Assembly (NCBI GenBank): GCA_965287045.1
Contig: OZ336871.1
Coordinates: 62,248,001 to 62,312,000 of the forward strand
Length of the DNA: 64,000 nucleotides
Direction of reading: 5' to 3'
DNA from: Carcharhinus amblyrhynchos
Lineage: Eukaryota
In this document: positions 1 through 13,385 of the stretch, one piece after another
Position numbering within the stretch: the stretch's first letter is position 1
Layout of the letters: the number at the start of each line of letters is the position of its first letter
Translations under genes and position numbers: made by a program
Notes under the pieces: model-generated
Database searches by the model: none
Told to the model about the DNA's origin: nothing
Seen by the model: the letters and a program-made list of their open reading frames with translations, nothing else

Positions 1-700
1 CCAACTGAACTATATACACCTGAACAAGGTTGACATTTTACCTTTTTCTCATGTCAATTCCAACTCATCTCTTTCATTACCTAGTATTCAGTTATGATAT
101 TAGAGTTGGAGAGGGAGGTGGCTGAGAAGTCCTCAGAAGAGGTTATTCACTCTGGGGAAGCAGCATCACATGACACATGCACACCCTTCGCAAATGCATG
201 CTCAAACACTTTGGTGATGCCTTCAAGTGAGATAGCTAGGTTCCCACATGGTGAGGTACTTGGCATACATGAACTGTATTTAGAGACGTACAACAGTACA
301 GAGTCCCTGATGCTGAGCACAAGATACTCCAAACTCCACTTAGCTGGACACAAATGCTGAGACTTGGAGTTCATTTGCAAAGAGGATAATTCTGGAGCAA
401 CAACAGAAATTGTGCAAGGTTCTACCAGCATTTCCAGAACATATGCACGTGACAGGAGAGAGGTCGGAGGAGTCCGTTGTAATCATGAGTGCCATGATGT
501 CTCAAACCTTGATGCTGATGTCCACCTCCACAGAGCGTCAGTTACCTGCTAAACTGGAATGCATGTACAGTTTACCATTTTAAAATAGGAGAGTGGAAAG
601 CATATGGATGATCATAATAATGCCACTGTCTGAATATTTTGGAAGATGCAATGAACCGTGTAGTTTATTTCAAGGCTTCATGGTCCTGTCATCTCCATTG
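1..700 (+). pseudogene. Decayed second gene (Myb/SANT-like protein, C-terminal part) of a Harbinger transposon
   Basis: It lies convergent with the Harbinger transposase fossil at 905-2160. The translation EEVIHSGEAASHDTCTP resembles recalled C-terminal regions of shark Harbinger ORF2. The call rests mainly on position. Confidence 0.35.
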
Positions 701-1199
701 TTGCTTCCTGCCTTCTAAACAGCCATTAGCTCTGAGGAAAATAATGTGATCCGAATTGAAGATGACTAAAGGATATAAGATGAAGGCTGTATTAGTGGTA
801 GGAATGATTTATGTTGTGTGACTGGAAAAGAGGATTGGAGTGCCATTTGAATTATCCTTGGATGAGTCCACGTCAGCTTTTCTGACAACAAGATGAATGT
901 CTGCCGGAACCCTGACCAAATCAGCCTCTTACTGCACCTCCAAGGATGTAGTGTTCTCTTTACTTTCCTCCTCCTCCAGTTCCAGTCCTCTCTGTAGTAC
1001 AATGATAAGCAGGTAGGCACAACACAACACATCCATGCTCAGCACCCTTGTTGGTATCTTCAGAGAGCTGACTCCAGATCTATTCAGGCTCCTAAATCAC
1101 ATTTTCAGTAATCTATTGGAGTTTATTCTCTTATTCATGGGGTTCTGCTTGTATCTTTCCTCTACATCAGTAGTAATGCCTCACAGTTTCCAAAAGCCA

Positions 1200-1338
1200 C
1201 AAGAAATAGAAGCAGGAGTGGCCACCAGGCCCTTCAAGCCTGCCCGCCATTCTATACGATCATGGCTGATCCAGGCCGGTCTCAACTCCTTTTCTGTGCC
1301 ATTTTCCCATTGCCCTCTATTCGTTGGTCTATCAAATA
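1200..1338 (-). mobile_element. CR1 LINE 3' end fragment nested in the Harbinger fossil
   Basis: The reverse complement matches the GATCAGCCATGATC...GAATGGCGG...GCTTCTATTTCTT 3' UTR seen at 24187-24260. Confidence 0.75.
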
Positions 1339-1636
1339 TTTATCCACATTCCAGGGGGTAACCTTGTTTCCAAGGAACTACATTCTGTTTGGAGATACAA
1401 AGACCTGAGGAGAACATTGATGTGGTGGAATCCCTTTTGATTGACAGGGTCTGCTAATTGATCTGAGTGCACCGTGATTGTCATGTGGGTGCATTTTATG
1501 ATGGGTGCACTTATCCCTGTAGCCATGGGAACCCAGACACCACAGCAAATGTGAGAGACCTTTCATTCAGATCGGTATCAGCAATGTCAGAATAGGTATA
1601 ATTTGCAGGCCTGACAAACATGGCATCAATCACTTG

Positions 1637-1743
1637 GGGAACTGAGCCACGACAGATCAGCCATGATCTTATTGAATGGCGGGGCAGGCTCGAAGGGCCA
1701 GATGGCCTACTCTTGCTCCTATTTCTTATATTATTTTCTTATG
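1637..1743 (+). mobile_element. CR1 LINE 3' tail nested in the Harbinger fossil
   Basis: It is near-identical to 24170-24275 (cagatcagccatgatcttattgaatggcggggcaggct...ctcctatttcttat). Confidence 0.85.
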
Positions 1744-2624
1744 AGATATACTTGAGGGTTAGCAGATTGTGAATTCTGCAGATGTCACCAACAAATCCTG
1801 GAAAGAGCCCAAGATAAAGAAATTCAGGGATGTGGTGCCCCTTGGTCAATTGGCAAAGGCAGAACCCACAGAACCTATTTCCAGAAAGCTGCAGATGTCA
1901 GCAATGACCTTCCTGAGGCACTGTTGCTGTGACATGTTGAGGAAGTTGATTGTCTGCCGGTGACTCTGTGTTGGGGGTGCTGTCCCCTTTTGGCTGAGTT
2001 CTACATCCATATCTTTGTACTGTGGAGCATGAAGCCTGAAGAAGGCAACTTGTGTTGTTTTTGGAGTTCAGCTTGCTTCCTCCTCTTCTGCTGGTGTTCC
2101 CCCTGCTACCTCCCTTATTCCTTATTGCAGATCCAAGGTAAAACTGCATAAACTGCTCCCATGCTGCAGTCAAGGCGGTTAGAGGAAAGAGCAGATTGAA
2201 GTGTGGAAAGTCCAAGGTGATAGAAATGACTTCCAAAACATAGGAAACCATCTGTAAAACAGTGAAAGCAGAAACACTGAGAAAAGTCTTCATCTAGTCA
2301 AGGATGCAGCTGTCAGTTTTAGCCTTTAAAGGTTTTCCAGCATGTCAGTTTTATTGATCAATAATTTCCAGCTGTGCTCTCGCCTTGTTGACCCTGGTAA
2401 GATTCCCACAGCTTGGGAAACCCATTCACTTGCTTTTAAAGTCAGAATGGTGGGTTAACGTCAGCATTGTCTCCCTCTTTATATATCTAAACAACAGACC
2501 TGACATTGCCACAAGAGTTTCCCATGAGGGTTTTGGCTGTGAGCGAGGTGTGTGGTGGGAACAGAGGGAGGGGGTATTATGGCAGGTTTGGTGGAGAGAG
2601 GTATGGGGGGGTGGTGAACATTTG

Positions 2625-2753
2625 ACAGGTCATAACATTCAGGGCTATGGGCTAAGTGCTGGGAGATGGGATTAGGTGGGAGTTTAGGTGTTTCTAATGT
2701 GTCAGTGCATGCTCATGGGCCAAAGGGTCTCTTCTCCGCTGTATGATTCTATG
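2625..2753 (+). mobile_element. CR1-type LINE 3' tail fragment
   Basis: The sequence runs agggctatgggctaagtgctggg...atgggccaaaggg...ctgtatgattctatg, ending in a typical CR1/HER1 terminal repeat. Confidence 0.6.
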
Positions 2754-5700
2754 CACTTCCAAACAGGCCTCAATAAAAGTGAGCAGGACCTTGTTGACTT
2801 CTGAGTTGCTGGTATCTGAACCTTACCCCTTGCCGGTTAAATGCTGGGGGAAAGAAAGCTGTGATTTCTGATTGTCACTGGGTTAGGAAGGAGAATCTAC
2901 TCCTGGATCTGTTGAAAAACTGTGTGCTCGATGAGAATAGGGTCAATCTCATTTATGAGGACCTCCTATGATTGCTCGTAATGTGTGCCAGAACATTCTA
3001 AATGCTAAAACGCTACTATTGTATTACATTTCATTTTTAAAAGTATAGCAACTAATGGTAAATGTCATCTATGTTTAGCTGGAATGAGTTAGGACAGAGT
3101 TTAATTATTCATCTAGCACAGTTAAAATAATAAAGCAAATGTTGCTATAGAGATTGAACAATTAATTATCTTCAAGTAATATTTAAGTGTTTCCACTGGT
3201 TACTGTTTTAACCCCTACTTGCACTCCTATTTATCTGCATCAGCAATAGTTACTTATGTTACTCCTCTTTTCACTGATATGGCTAGTTGTTAGTTTTAAA
3301 CTTTTCTAAATGTGACTTAGGAACTTCATAAATTTCCATTTGTTCGAAATCTGCTTCTTACATTTTAAACTAATAAGTTTCAATTGAAAATGGGTCAGTA
3401 GTTACTAGGATGATAATGAAGCATTGACAGCACTTGCCATTATCAATTTGTGAAACAAATCCAACTGTTTACAGTGTGAAAGAGATATACCACAAGTACT
3501 TAACCCTCCCCTAATTTCCAGGAGGATTTACTCATTTCACTGGTTAGCTAATTGTCTCCTTTCGCATGAATAGCAATTGTGCAATTGCTGTGTTTATAAG
3601 GTTAATATAAATTATTTCCACTACAACCATTTATGTTTGGGAAGTAATGTCGTACAGGATCCTGTTAATGTCGTAATTACAGGCCCTGACATGAAAGTCA
3701 ACTGTGGGAGCCAAGAAAGTGGCCAATGATGGTATGGACTCTCACTCCAGGAGCTAGCGAATTGTTCTGAGAGTAGTTTTTAAATTTATTTGCTGTGGTT
3801 GCCTTTTTCTATCAGTCTTGCCATTTATATCCCTGTTAGTGTCAGAAGACAATACATTTCAGGTTGCATTTGATGATGCCACAACTGCAGAGGGTGCACT
3901 TCCTTATGTAAAGAAAATAGTATCCCGTTATTTAATAGCATATTCTGTATAGTTTTAGTATTATAATCAATTAATCAAATCTGGCATCTGGTTACTGTTT
4001 GATCATCTTGAAATGTGCTTTCTGCCTGGAGCTGGGATAGAACAAATAGCCCAGCCAAATGGAATGGTTTAGCACCTTCCAGATTGACTCCCCTTAAAAG
4101 ATAGGTATGGAAAAATTGGGATACTGCTAGTACACTTTTAGAAAATTTCAGTCTACAAGTGAGATCGGTTGCATTTTTAAGGTATTCTAAAAAGCTGTTT
4201 ACATTTTAATGCAAAGCCAGGCCAACAGGCTGCTTCTAGCTTTGGGCAGTTTCATGTATATTTGCAGACAAGGAGCAAGGTCACCTGTTAATCTTTTCAT
4301 ACATTCACCTGCATGGACCTGACATGACCAGCATTAAGTGTAACATGCTTGGGAAGGAAATGTGTCTTTGGATGCACGATTCTCAAAGCTTTCCACCACT
4401 GCAGTTCTCCTTGTATCTGGATTGATTGTAGACCTATAATAATCAGTGTTATATTGTGATATATAGTTACCATGATAGTATACAACAAAGTTGGGCTTTG
4501 GTCCTTTTACACCAAGTTACGTTCTTTGGTGCAATGGGTGTTCCATTGTTGCTGAGCATGATGGAAAGAGTCATGGATCTATAGTGTCATGGTTCAAGAA
4601 TGTTTGAACATTTTGTACACCTAACCCATTAATCTGTTGAGGACAAATATAGCAATTGTCAGATGCAACTGGGTTACAAAGCTCTCTCCTTTAATTTTTG
4701 TACTTTTGCTTCCTGTATTTTTCCTTTAACTCTTAAACCACTCATTCTTTCCTGTTCCAGTCTCAATATATTTAATGTGACTATAATTCATTTTATTTCT
4801 TTCTCCATCATTCACTCTGTTTTTTTTCTGGTCAGAGATAAGCCGTTTGGCTCAATGTACACAGGGTCCCAGATGTGTCATTGCCATCACTGCAATGTTA
4901 TCCACTTTACAGTAAATTGCAGTGCAGTATAGTGTGATCTGAGTGCTGAGCGTTTAAGTCTTACAAATGTCAGAAAATCCACCACTGTAGCAGTTTGAGA
5001 CTCAACATTCCACAATATTACAACGTCCCCAAAAAACACCTTGATATGATGCCCAATTTTGCTTATTTCTAATGTTAAGTGTAATACTCGTGTTTACGAG
5101 CAGATCAGGCAACTTGCAATTTGCATTATTAATTTAAAATACAGTTTTGGAAGCAGAATTCATTTCCCTTTAGCGTACATTTTATTATTGTGAGGCATTT
5201 GGGTTTTAAACATGGCAGCTGTCTTTGTTACCTGCAGGCTGAACACAAATGAGCTAATTGTGGATATATTCAGAGCGTTTACTCCTTTCAACAAGAATGT
5301 GGTGCATTGAAATCATGGTGAAGCTTCATTTATACACCTCAGAGGTTTTAATCAAGTAATTGTTGATAAAATGGGTCCTTGTTTTAATCCACTAAAAACC
5401 CCATTCACTTGCACAGAGTTAAAATTGGCTCCAATGACTCCCATCACAGTTAACAGATTCCTAATTATTTCCATGGAATTTAGTTTAGTCTCAGTAAATT
5501 GTTGCATGATTTTTATATTGTGAGACCAACAAGGACCACATATAATAGGGAGGTATAATTACACACATGAAATAGTAAGTACATTTCAATAGAAAATGTA
5601 CTGTGTTGCAATATACTTTTGAGGCATCCAAAAGACCTGGCAAAATGCTATACTAAAACAATCAGACAGCAATTCCTTGGGAATTCTGCAGTTCTTCCAA

Positions 5701-8651
5701 TACAATTTCAGCAAAAGACTGAAAGGGCCCTGAGAAAAATGGAAGAATGTGTCTCTGCTCTTCCCAATTTGCCCGGTAGGTGGTGAAATATCTGCCCATC
5801 CTTTACAAGGCAGTTGTCATGAGATTGGAGCCACAGGCAGATCTCCCTGTGTCAGAGTTCTTGTGCCCATGTCTCAGTCAGAACCCGGCATATCTGCAGA
5901 GGGCGGATATAGACTCTGCTTCTGCTTGGATCTCCCAAGAAAAAGTGTGACATTTTATTTTGCTGCACTTTCCCCTTTGTATAGATAACAATGGGGATTT
6001 GGCAGGGAAGACTTGCCCACAAATCCCCACCCCCCCCCGCCCACAACTCCCTCCCCCACTCCACCCCACCATCCTTAACACATGCTGCCACTGTCTTTGT
6101 CAATTGCAGAAGGTACCAGAGTTTCTGGTTTAATAGGCAACCTACTTTGTCTATGCTAATTAGATAACAGCATTGATCCCACAAACTCCATCAGGGTTGA
6201 CATGGGAGAATGTAGGTGTCTTTCAAGGAATTTAGGTCCCAATTTCTTTATACTTTGTTTTGAGAAAATGCTTTAAGCAATTTATTCACCAGGCAAACGA
6301 GCAGACAAGTTGAACAAAGTGGTAACAGATTGATTATGTATGCTATCATGTCCCCCTGGTCACTTGTTATGCGGCAGCACACTTGTGTAATATAGTAGGT
6401 ACTCCAAGCATAACGTATTGTAAGAAACTTTGTGTCAGAGTTAGGCACAACAGTAAATTTTTTGAGAGTGGGGGCTAGGAGGAATTTGGAGGTGGTGAAG
6501 ATCATGTGCCTGTTTCATTGTTGGGGATGTGTTGGTGTAGGTGTGTTGGAGATTTTTCAGAAATCAAAGTAAGTGGTGTTGCTAATGTAGAAAATTATGG
6601 ACCTAGATTTTCAGGTGAACTTGGTAAACATGATTTGTGTACTTTTGCGCCTTCTAAGGTGCATACCGAACCCGTCTGTGCTCTGGATTTTTGTCTTTTC
6701 ACACAGAGTGTTCACAGTGCATTTTGCAAGCCAATATGGAATGGTGAGGTGTGTGGGTGTGGTGGCAGGTAGGTTTGAAGGCTCACCTTGGTTCTCCAAG
6801 ACAGCCACCCAGCTCTCAACAGCATTTAAAGGCTCTTTAAATCTTATCCCTCACCACATCCCCTCACCCCAGCAATCCCAATGTCACCCAAGCCATTCCA
6901 TGCTTGTTCAGATGTTCCATGCCACTTTCATGTCCAGTATATCCTCCATAGCCACTCACCAAGTGTTTGAAAAGTACAGCGCTCAGGAACCATGCAATAA
7001 CAATGGGATTAAAAACATTGTGGGAAAAATAAACCTCTAACAATCTAATAAAACTCTGGAGTCAAACAGACAAACATTGATACTACTCAGATCTACTCCA
7101 GTGTAAAGCAAATAGTAAACCTTTAAGTGCATAACATGTTTATAAACAAAAAAAACACATTTACGGAATACTGTGTTGTCACAGTCTCTTAAAAGTTTAA
7201 ATTCTTCATGGATCAGTTGACCATCTGCTGAGCTGGTCATTATTAGCATTTGAAACTCAGCCAAGCATTTGTAATTACTACAGTCATAACAAAAGCTTTC
7301 AAATAGATTCCAGATATAGTGATAAGACAGAGTGATGTTCAATTTGCATTTCAAAAGCAAAGTGCCTGCCAATCAATGGAGTGGATCAGGTGCAGAGATT
7401 TTTTTCAATTTTCAGAACTTCCTTTTTAACAGCCACAGGCATCAGTCAATTTAAATCACAGCACAAAACAAAACTGCAGAGGTGGACAGGACATTTATTT
7501 TTGCATTTTGTTTTAATGCAATGGCACCTTTAACAAATGGAATAGTACTGTAACCCAAGACAGCAATTATACAATGCTGATTCCTATGATGAGTCACTGC
7601 ATTAAAACACATCACATTACAATACAACATTAATAGTGACATTTGCAGATGTCAAAACATTTTATACTTTTCAGAATGTTTAGAATTCTTCAGCATTATG
7701 TGGTCAAGACCTCTCCAAGAAAGTACATTTTTATATGGGTTTACAAAACCCAAACCAACACATATAGAGTACAGAGGAAATTCAAATTTTCTTGTGATCC
7801 TTAAAATGGGGATGCCGATCTCGGAAGTGATATCTATACATTTTGCACCCAAAATCTTACCAACCCACTAAAAGGTGACACATATATGGTTTGGAGTTGG
7901 GAAGGCGCAAGAAAATTGTTTCTCCACCAAATGAAAACTAAGTTCTGTGATTCCCGATTTGATTCACCCCTCCATTGGGAGACAAAACTCTGGCTTAAAA
8001 TTAAGCAAAAAGTCAAGCAAGTTGCCACAATTATGAATAGTCTGGTTAATCTTTAAAAAATGATAGAGCAGGGTGAGAAAATGATAATAGTAATTGATAA
8101 TAGCATTGATGGTGAGAACTCAAGACAATAATTTCAGTTTTCCCAATGATTAGCCTGAAGAAGTTGTAACAGTGAATGCAGCCTGAAAACAAAGAGACAC
8201 TTGAGACAGAACTGGGTGTCATCAGCATACAGTTGTTAATTAACTATGGATGATGTCACCAAGAGGGAGCGTGTATATGAGAAAGGGGAAGGTGCACAGG
8301 ATAGATCTCTGAGGCATGCCATAGGTGATGATAGCCATGATGTGGAGATGCTGACATAGAACTGGAGTAGGCACAGTAAGAAGACTCACAACACAAGGTT
8401 AAAGTCCTGGACTTTAAGCTGGTATTGTGAGATTTCTTATCAGGTGACGATGTAAGGATGAGGAAAGAAGCTATTGCAAGCAAAACATGCACTGGCTATA
8501 TTTGGAAAGATAATAATGAATCACGGGAAGGTAATCCCTCGAGGCTTGATAGCTGAGGTGAGACATTGAAGGACAATAGTGTGGTCACCACATTGAATAC
8601 TTCAGATGGTTTAAAGATGATAGGCAGGAATAAAGCACTGTCAGAGTCATA

Positions 8652-8776
8652 GGGTGGGATTTTCTGGCCATGCTTGCCCCAAGCTGGAAAATCCCACCAG
8701 AGGTCAACGGACCTTTGCATGGTCCATGTCCTGGCCACTATGTTTCCTGTGGCAGGTGGGAAGGGAAAATTTCGCT
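8652..8776. mobile_element. Short Harbinger-type MITE
   Basis: Ends are gggtgggattttc ... gaaaatttcgctc, an imperfect TIR, and the sequence resembles 24502-24615. Confidence 0.55.
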
Positions 8777-8780
8777 CATT

Positions 8781-9105
8781 GCCTTATGGTGCAGTGGGTA
8801 GCGTCCCTGCCTCTGAGCCAGAATTTCTGGATTCGAGTTGCTCCCTAGGACTTGATGACCAAGAAATGTGCATTCATAATGTGGCCAAACAGGTTGAATA
8901 TATCAACCTGCAAATCCTTTTAACATACCAATGGCTGGCGGTAGAGTTGAAGAGACTGCTGGTTAGCCAGTTTGATGTAGAGTGGCCCCTCTCAAGTTAT
9001 AAGCCTTTGGCCACAGACTAGTGACATTCCAGAAATAACTAGCTGTGGAAACAGACAGAAGTCTGCCTTAGTGCACCTCTAGATGCAGAAAGAAAATTGA
9101 ACTGG
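8781..9105 (+). mobile_element. tRNA-derived SINE of unassigned family
   Basis: It has an A-box-like tggtgcagtgg at 8787 and a B-box-like gattcgagt at about 8830. The body is unlike the other SINEs in this window. Confidence 0.55.
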
Positions 9106-10329
9106 AGTCAGAGTCACAGAGTGGACATAATTTGTGACTTTGCCTTGAGCTATTTCAGTACTGTAGGAATGGTACAAATGGTAGAAGTCAAACTGAAGGA
9201 ATTCAATCAGAAAAGTTAGAAGAAAAATCAGCACAGAACTGGGAAGCAATAATACATTCAGTGAACTTGGAGAGGGAAGGTAGGTTGAAAACAGGATAGT
9301 AATTGTTGGGAATGTGTGTGTGTTTTTGTGTAAGAATGATAATGGCAGTTTTGAGGGAAAGAGTTGCTGTGCCTGAGAAAATGAAGCATTAAAAGGTCCA
9401 TATCAATGTAAATGAGTCAACATTAGAGAGTCAGACATAAACATAGGCTGCACAATTTCCAATACTGTGCAACTATTAAAAAGAAAATTGAATTACAAGG
9501 CAAAAAGCTGTAGAAGTTGGAAATTCAAAATAAAATAGATTATGATGGAAACATCCGGCAGTTCAGCCATCAGCCTTGGAAAGATCAGAATGTTACTGGT
9601 TCACAAATAGATCCTTGATCTGAACTTCACTAAGCAAGAAAATCAAATCATCAGGGCATTTGTAGAAAAGTTGAAACAGGTTATTTTCAAATTATAGAGT
9701 TCATTTGTAAATCTCATTTAGAATATTCTGAGCAGTTTTGGGCATTCTTTCTCCATGGCTGTTAATGAGCACAACATGTGGATTCTTTGAAACTTTGGGA
9801 TTTAATTTATGATATGCAATTTACATATCTGAAATCTTTCACTGGATAATAAACAAAAAGAAATACAATTGAGTTATTTCCAATAGTAATGCTGCATGTG
9901 TTTTGGCTTGTGAGCACAGAAACCAATGAATTAGTAAAGGTCAGGTTCTTTAAGACTGAGAGGTGTCACCTCCCGCCCCCCAACCCAATCCCTCCCCCCC
10001 AACAAGGTTATTGGATGCAGAGAGAAGAAATGGTTATTGCTGCATTAACTAACTTCTTCCTGGAAAGAACTGGTTTAAATATCTGGTCAGGTGGCTGGTC
10101 TGGACAACTTTAGTTTTAACTCACTTCCTGGAGAGATACAGGATTATAAGAAGGAGCCAACCTGACTTATCAGCAAACGTGAGAAAGCACTCAATCAAAT
10201 ACAGAAATATCTGGATTATTTGAGGGGTTGGATTGAAATAAGCAAATGTACAATCATTGGGAAAGTGCCAATATATGTAATTTATGTCATTCCAGAGGGC
10301 ATGTTACCTGAGAGGTTGAAACTATGATG

Positions 10330-10690
10330 CATAAATTACTGAAATCATAAGTACTGTGCACAGCAGCAATGGAACACATAGGAACTTAGGTTGTATACCC
10401 AAAGGAAGAGAGGGCAATACTTAAGGAAGTCATTGTGAGTTTGTACGAACTTTGATTTGGCCCTTCATCAAGTACTATGTTACCGTTCTAGTCAACATAT
10501 CATACAAAGGGCATCCAGGTATTGGAAAGGGTGCAGTGAATGGCAACTAGATTGATGGTTGGGATTAAGTTTCTGAATCATGAAAAGAGACTGCAAAAAT
10601 TTACATTGCTGCAGAAAACAATATTGGTTATATTATTGAAGCAGTCAAGATTCCCGAGGACACAGGCAGAATAGACATTAATATGCAGGT
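10330..10690 (+). mobile_element. Degenerate CR1 RT C-terminal fragment
   Basis: It shows decayed similarity to the EYCVQFWSP...ALEGVQRRFTRL region of the CR1 at 23700-23830. Confidence 0.55.
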
Positions 10691-10846
10691 GAATTTCCTG
10701 ATCTCTTTATATTTGCATGGGAGCATTGATGAAGATGAGGAATGAGAGCGGTGATGAATGATTGCTAAATCAGCAAATTGATATAGGTGAGATATCTCTG
10801 CTCAGTTTTTCTCAAGCTATACTTTAGATTAGCAGTAAGACCCTAC

Positions 10847-11161
10847 TGTATTTAAAACTGCAAGTTGGTTAAACAGCCTAGTTTAACAGAAACTGCTTGC
10901 TAATGGCAGTTATCTGTCAATCAGTTGAAAGTAGTTACCTAAACAGAGGGCAATTACTGTTTGGGTGTGAGTCACCAGCCCACTATAAAAGCCCACCTTA
11001 GGACCTTTTGGATGATGTAGAAAACAGCAGCCAAGGGTCCCTAAGCTCAGAGACTGAAAAGGTACTACAAGAGCACTTGTATGCATTCTAATAAATAGCC
11101 TCCCCTGTTAATGACCCAGCAAATCCATTACTTTTTAGTTAGTGCTTCAAAGAATACTACG
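10847..11161 (+). mobile_element. Possible solo LTR
   Basis: It starts TGTA and ends TACG (possibly decayed TACA), with TATAAAA at 10984 and AATAAA at about 11090. No TSD is visible. Confidence 0.3.
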
Positions 11162-11315
11162 GGACAATATATAAATTAGATGCAAGTAATATTAAACAGA
11201 GTGTAGGAAGGTTTTAGTGGGGTTGCAATGCAGATTCATTAGGTCGCTGCCTGATGTAAGGAAATGCAAGTACCAAAAGATTTGAAAATGTAGTTGTTTT
11301 TTCAGTAAAACATGC

Positions 11316-11451
11316 AGGCCAGAATTCTCCAGCATTCATGCCCTGCTGCTGCTGCCAGTGAGAACGGAGAATTTGGCACTCTGCCAGATCTCAGTTCACT
11401 GCAGCTGGACTGGTGAATCCTAGCTGCGGGCAAGGTTGGAGAATCCAGCCC
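11316..11451. mobile_element. Short Harbinger-type MITE
   Basis: TIRs are aggccagaattctcca and tggagaatccagccc. A related copy lies at about 45943-46075. Confidence 0.65.
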
Positions 11452-11820
11452 ACAGTTTGCAGATTGATATAACTATTTAAATTCTCAAACAATGGGAACT
11501 GGGTAAATGAAAGCAAACTATTTCCAGTTTAGTGAAGGGTCTAGAATGAGGGAGCATAGACACAAGATTAAAGTTAAGAGGTGTAGGAGATTGAGAGAAA
11601 GCTCTTTATACTGAAAGTTTTGAGGATGACATACTCATTTTTAGGCTTTATAATGGGGCAAGAACTGTGACAACATTCAAGATTAAATTAAATAGTTGGA
11701 TGAAAGAAAGAGAACAAAGGGTTAACAGAATGGGACAATAAATTTGATTTGGATGATTTGCTCACATGGAGGGTAAGGGGCTTGTTGGGTTGAATGGCCT
11801 GTTTCTATGTTACTTCTATA
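11452..11820 (+). mobile_element. Degenerate CR1 3' end
   Basis: It contains gggtctagaatgagggagcataga and ends ttgttgggttgaatggcctgtttctatgtt, a CR1 3' UTR pattern. Confidence 0.6.
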
Positions 11821-13225
11821 AAAACACATTTTCATGATCACAGTGAAGATTATCCCCTTTAATTACAATATATTGGTTTGAAATAAATGTTAACGTTACC
11901 AAATGTTATATCCAGCATGATGCTCAAAAAAGTAGAAATTAAGCTTTATGAAAACGATGAGCAGAAAAATTGTAAAATTAACTTTAATGGGCATTTTCAT
12001 TTCCAGCACATTACTCTGAAGATACAGTTTTCCTTTTGTATGCCAGCTTGTCATGAAGCAGATGTTCATAAGAAAATTTGAGCCATAAAAACTTGCATAT
12101 TGCACAACTTAATTCAAACGGATTCTATTTATTATGTTAGCTTAATAATTCTTTAACTCAAAAAAGCCTGCAGCGTTTCCATGAACATTATTCAATTGTA
12201 GTCAAAAGACATGAGGATAGATTTTGACTTTCACTGAACAGGTGGATTGGCCATTTGCTATACTTAATGCCTTTTTAAAATTACGTATCTTATATGCCCC
12301 ACTACATAGCATTCTAACCTACTCCAAAATGATAGGATTCTTTCTTTACCTATGTTACAAAAGTGATTACTAATGCCTGAAGAGGGATTGTTTATTTCTC
12401 TTAGCATGTTTTTAATCAAACTATTGATACAAAAACATTCAACTACAATTGGTGTCACTGGATGTAAGTGATTCAAGCAAATTGTTACAGGCTGCTGTTT
12501 GTCCCCCTATGTCGTTAGCATTCATATGCCTAGCTCAGTTGTAGGCAATTCAAGTTATAAATAACATTTTTGTCTTTGTTTAGTCTATCATGAATGACAG
12601 GACTGTATGCTAGATGATGCTTATTAGGGTTTATTATACAATGTGTTTTCTCTAAGTCTAACCTAGAATTAAAATGTGATTTTATTTTGGCCAAATATGA
12701 TTCCAACCGGAATGACTTGCCCTTCCTCAGCTGCTATCATAAATCAGTTGACTTAGCTATCTTATGGAAGCCAAAGCACTATGGTACCTTGTGTATCTCT
12801 ATCTGGATAACAAAGAGCACATTTAACACCATTTTGTTACCCTAAGACATGTCAGCCTATCTTTTCATAGTTTATAGTGCTAGCTCATGGTGTCTCTCTT
12901 GATGTTTCATGTCATTTACTTTTTCTTGTGTAGTTACAATGCATGTGCTTTTGTTCTGTGTTCTTTTTCTTTTCTTTCTGGTTACCACTAATACTGTCGA
13001 AAAAGTTCTTTCAATAAGGGCACCTGTTGTCAGCTAACTTGAGAGTGTGTGTGTCTGATCTTGTTTTGAGCAATGTCATTACATTCTTGCTTAAAATTGT
13101 GGACATTATTAGCAATCATGGAATGTGGTGCCCATTATTGAAAGTTGTTCTGTATTTTCACCAATACAGAGGATGACAGTTAAGAAATGAGCCTGATTGC
13201 ACGGTTCATTTGTTCTCCTTTGTAG

Positions 13226-13385
13226 AGCCAAGCCGGGGCACACTACAAAGGCACTAAACATGCCAAGAAGCTCAAAGCACTGGAGGCCATGAAAAATAAG
13301 CAGAAAACTGTTACCAAGGACAGCGTAAAGACCACCTTCACTTCCATCACAACCACCACCATCACTGCCAGCTCTGACAAAGCAG
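13226..13385 (+). CDS. ZNF385D: Internal coding exon of zinc finger protein 385D (end of first matrin-type zinc finger plus Thr-rich linker)
   Basis: The acceptor is ttctcctttgtag and the donor is AG|gttaag. The 160-nt exon (phase 0 to phase 1) translates SQAGAHYKGTKHAKKLKALEAMKNKQKTVTKDSVKTTFTSITTTTITASSDKA. This closely matches recalled vertebrate ZNF385D (SQAAAHYKGTKHAKKLKALEAMKNKQKSVTAKDSAKTTFTSITT). Confidence 0.93.

Larger units (their letters stand above)
905..2160 (-). pseudogene. Decayed PIF/Harbinger (HARBI1-like) DDE transposase
   Basis: Minus-strand fragments occur in the expected order: QHRV.RQTINFLNMSQQQCL, SLNFFILGSFQ..GDIC, VIDAMFVRPANY, IKCTHMTI..VNQKGFHHINV (cf. IDCTH..NRKGFHSLNVQ), LGNK-YPL (cf. 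LGDKGYPL), LLKM.FRSLNRSG, VLQRGLELEEEE. It is frameshifted and interrupted by two CR1 tails. Confidence 0.85.
8120..9400 (-). mobile_element. Old L2-clade LINE fragment interrupted by a MITE and a SINE
   Basis: The minus strand at about 8210-8230 reads gtatgctgatgacacccagt, encoding the RT motif YADDTQ. Flanking sequence is degenerate and L2-like. Confidence 0.6.

Noticed and set aside
5080-5350. Possible conserved non-coding enhancer
   Set aside because: It is repeat-free with homeobox-like motifs, but conservation cannot be judged without alignments.
6318-6330. PBS-like tggtaacaga motif
   Set aside because: I could not identify an adjacent LTR or gag/pol remnant.
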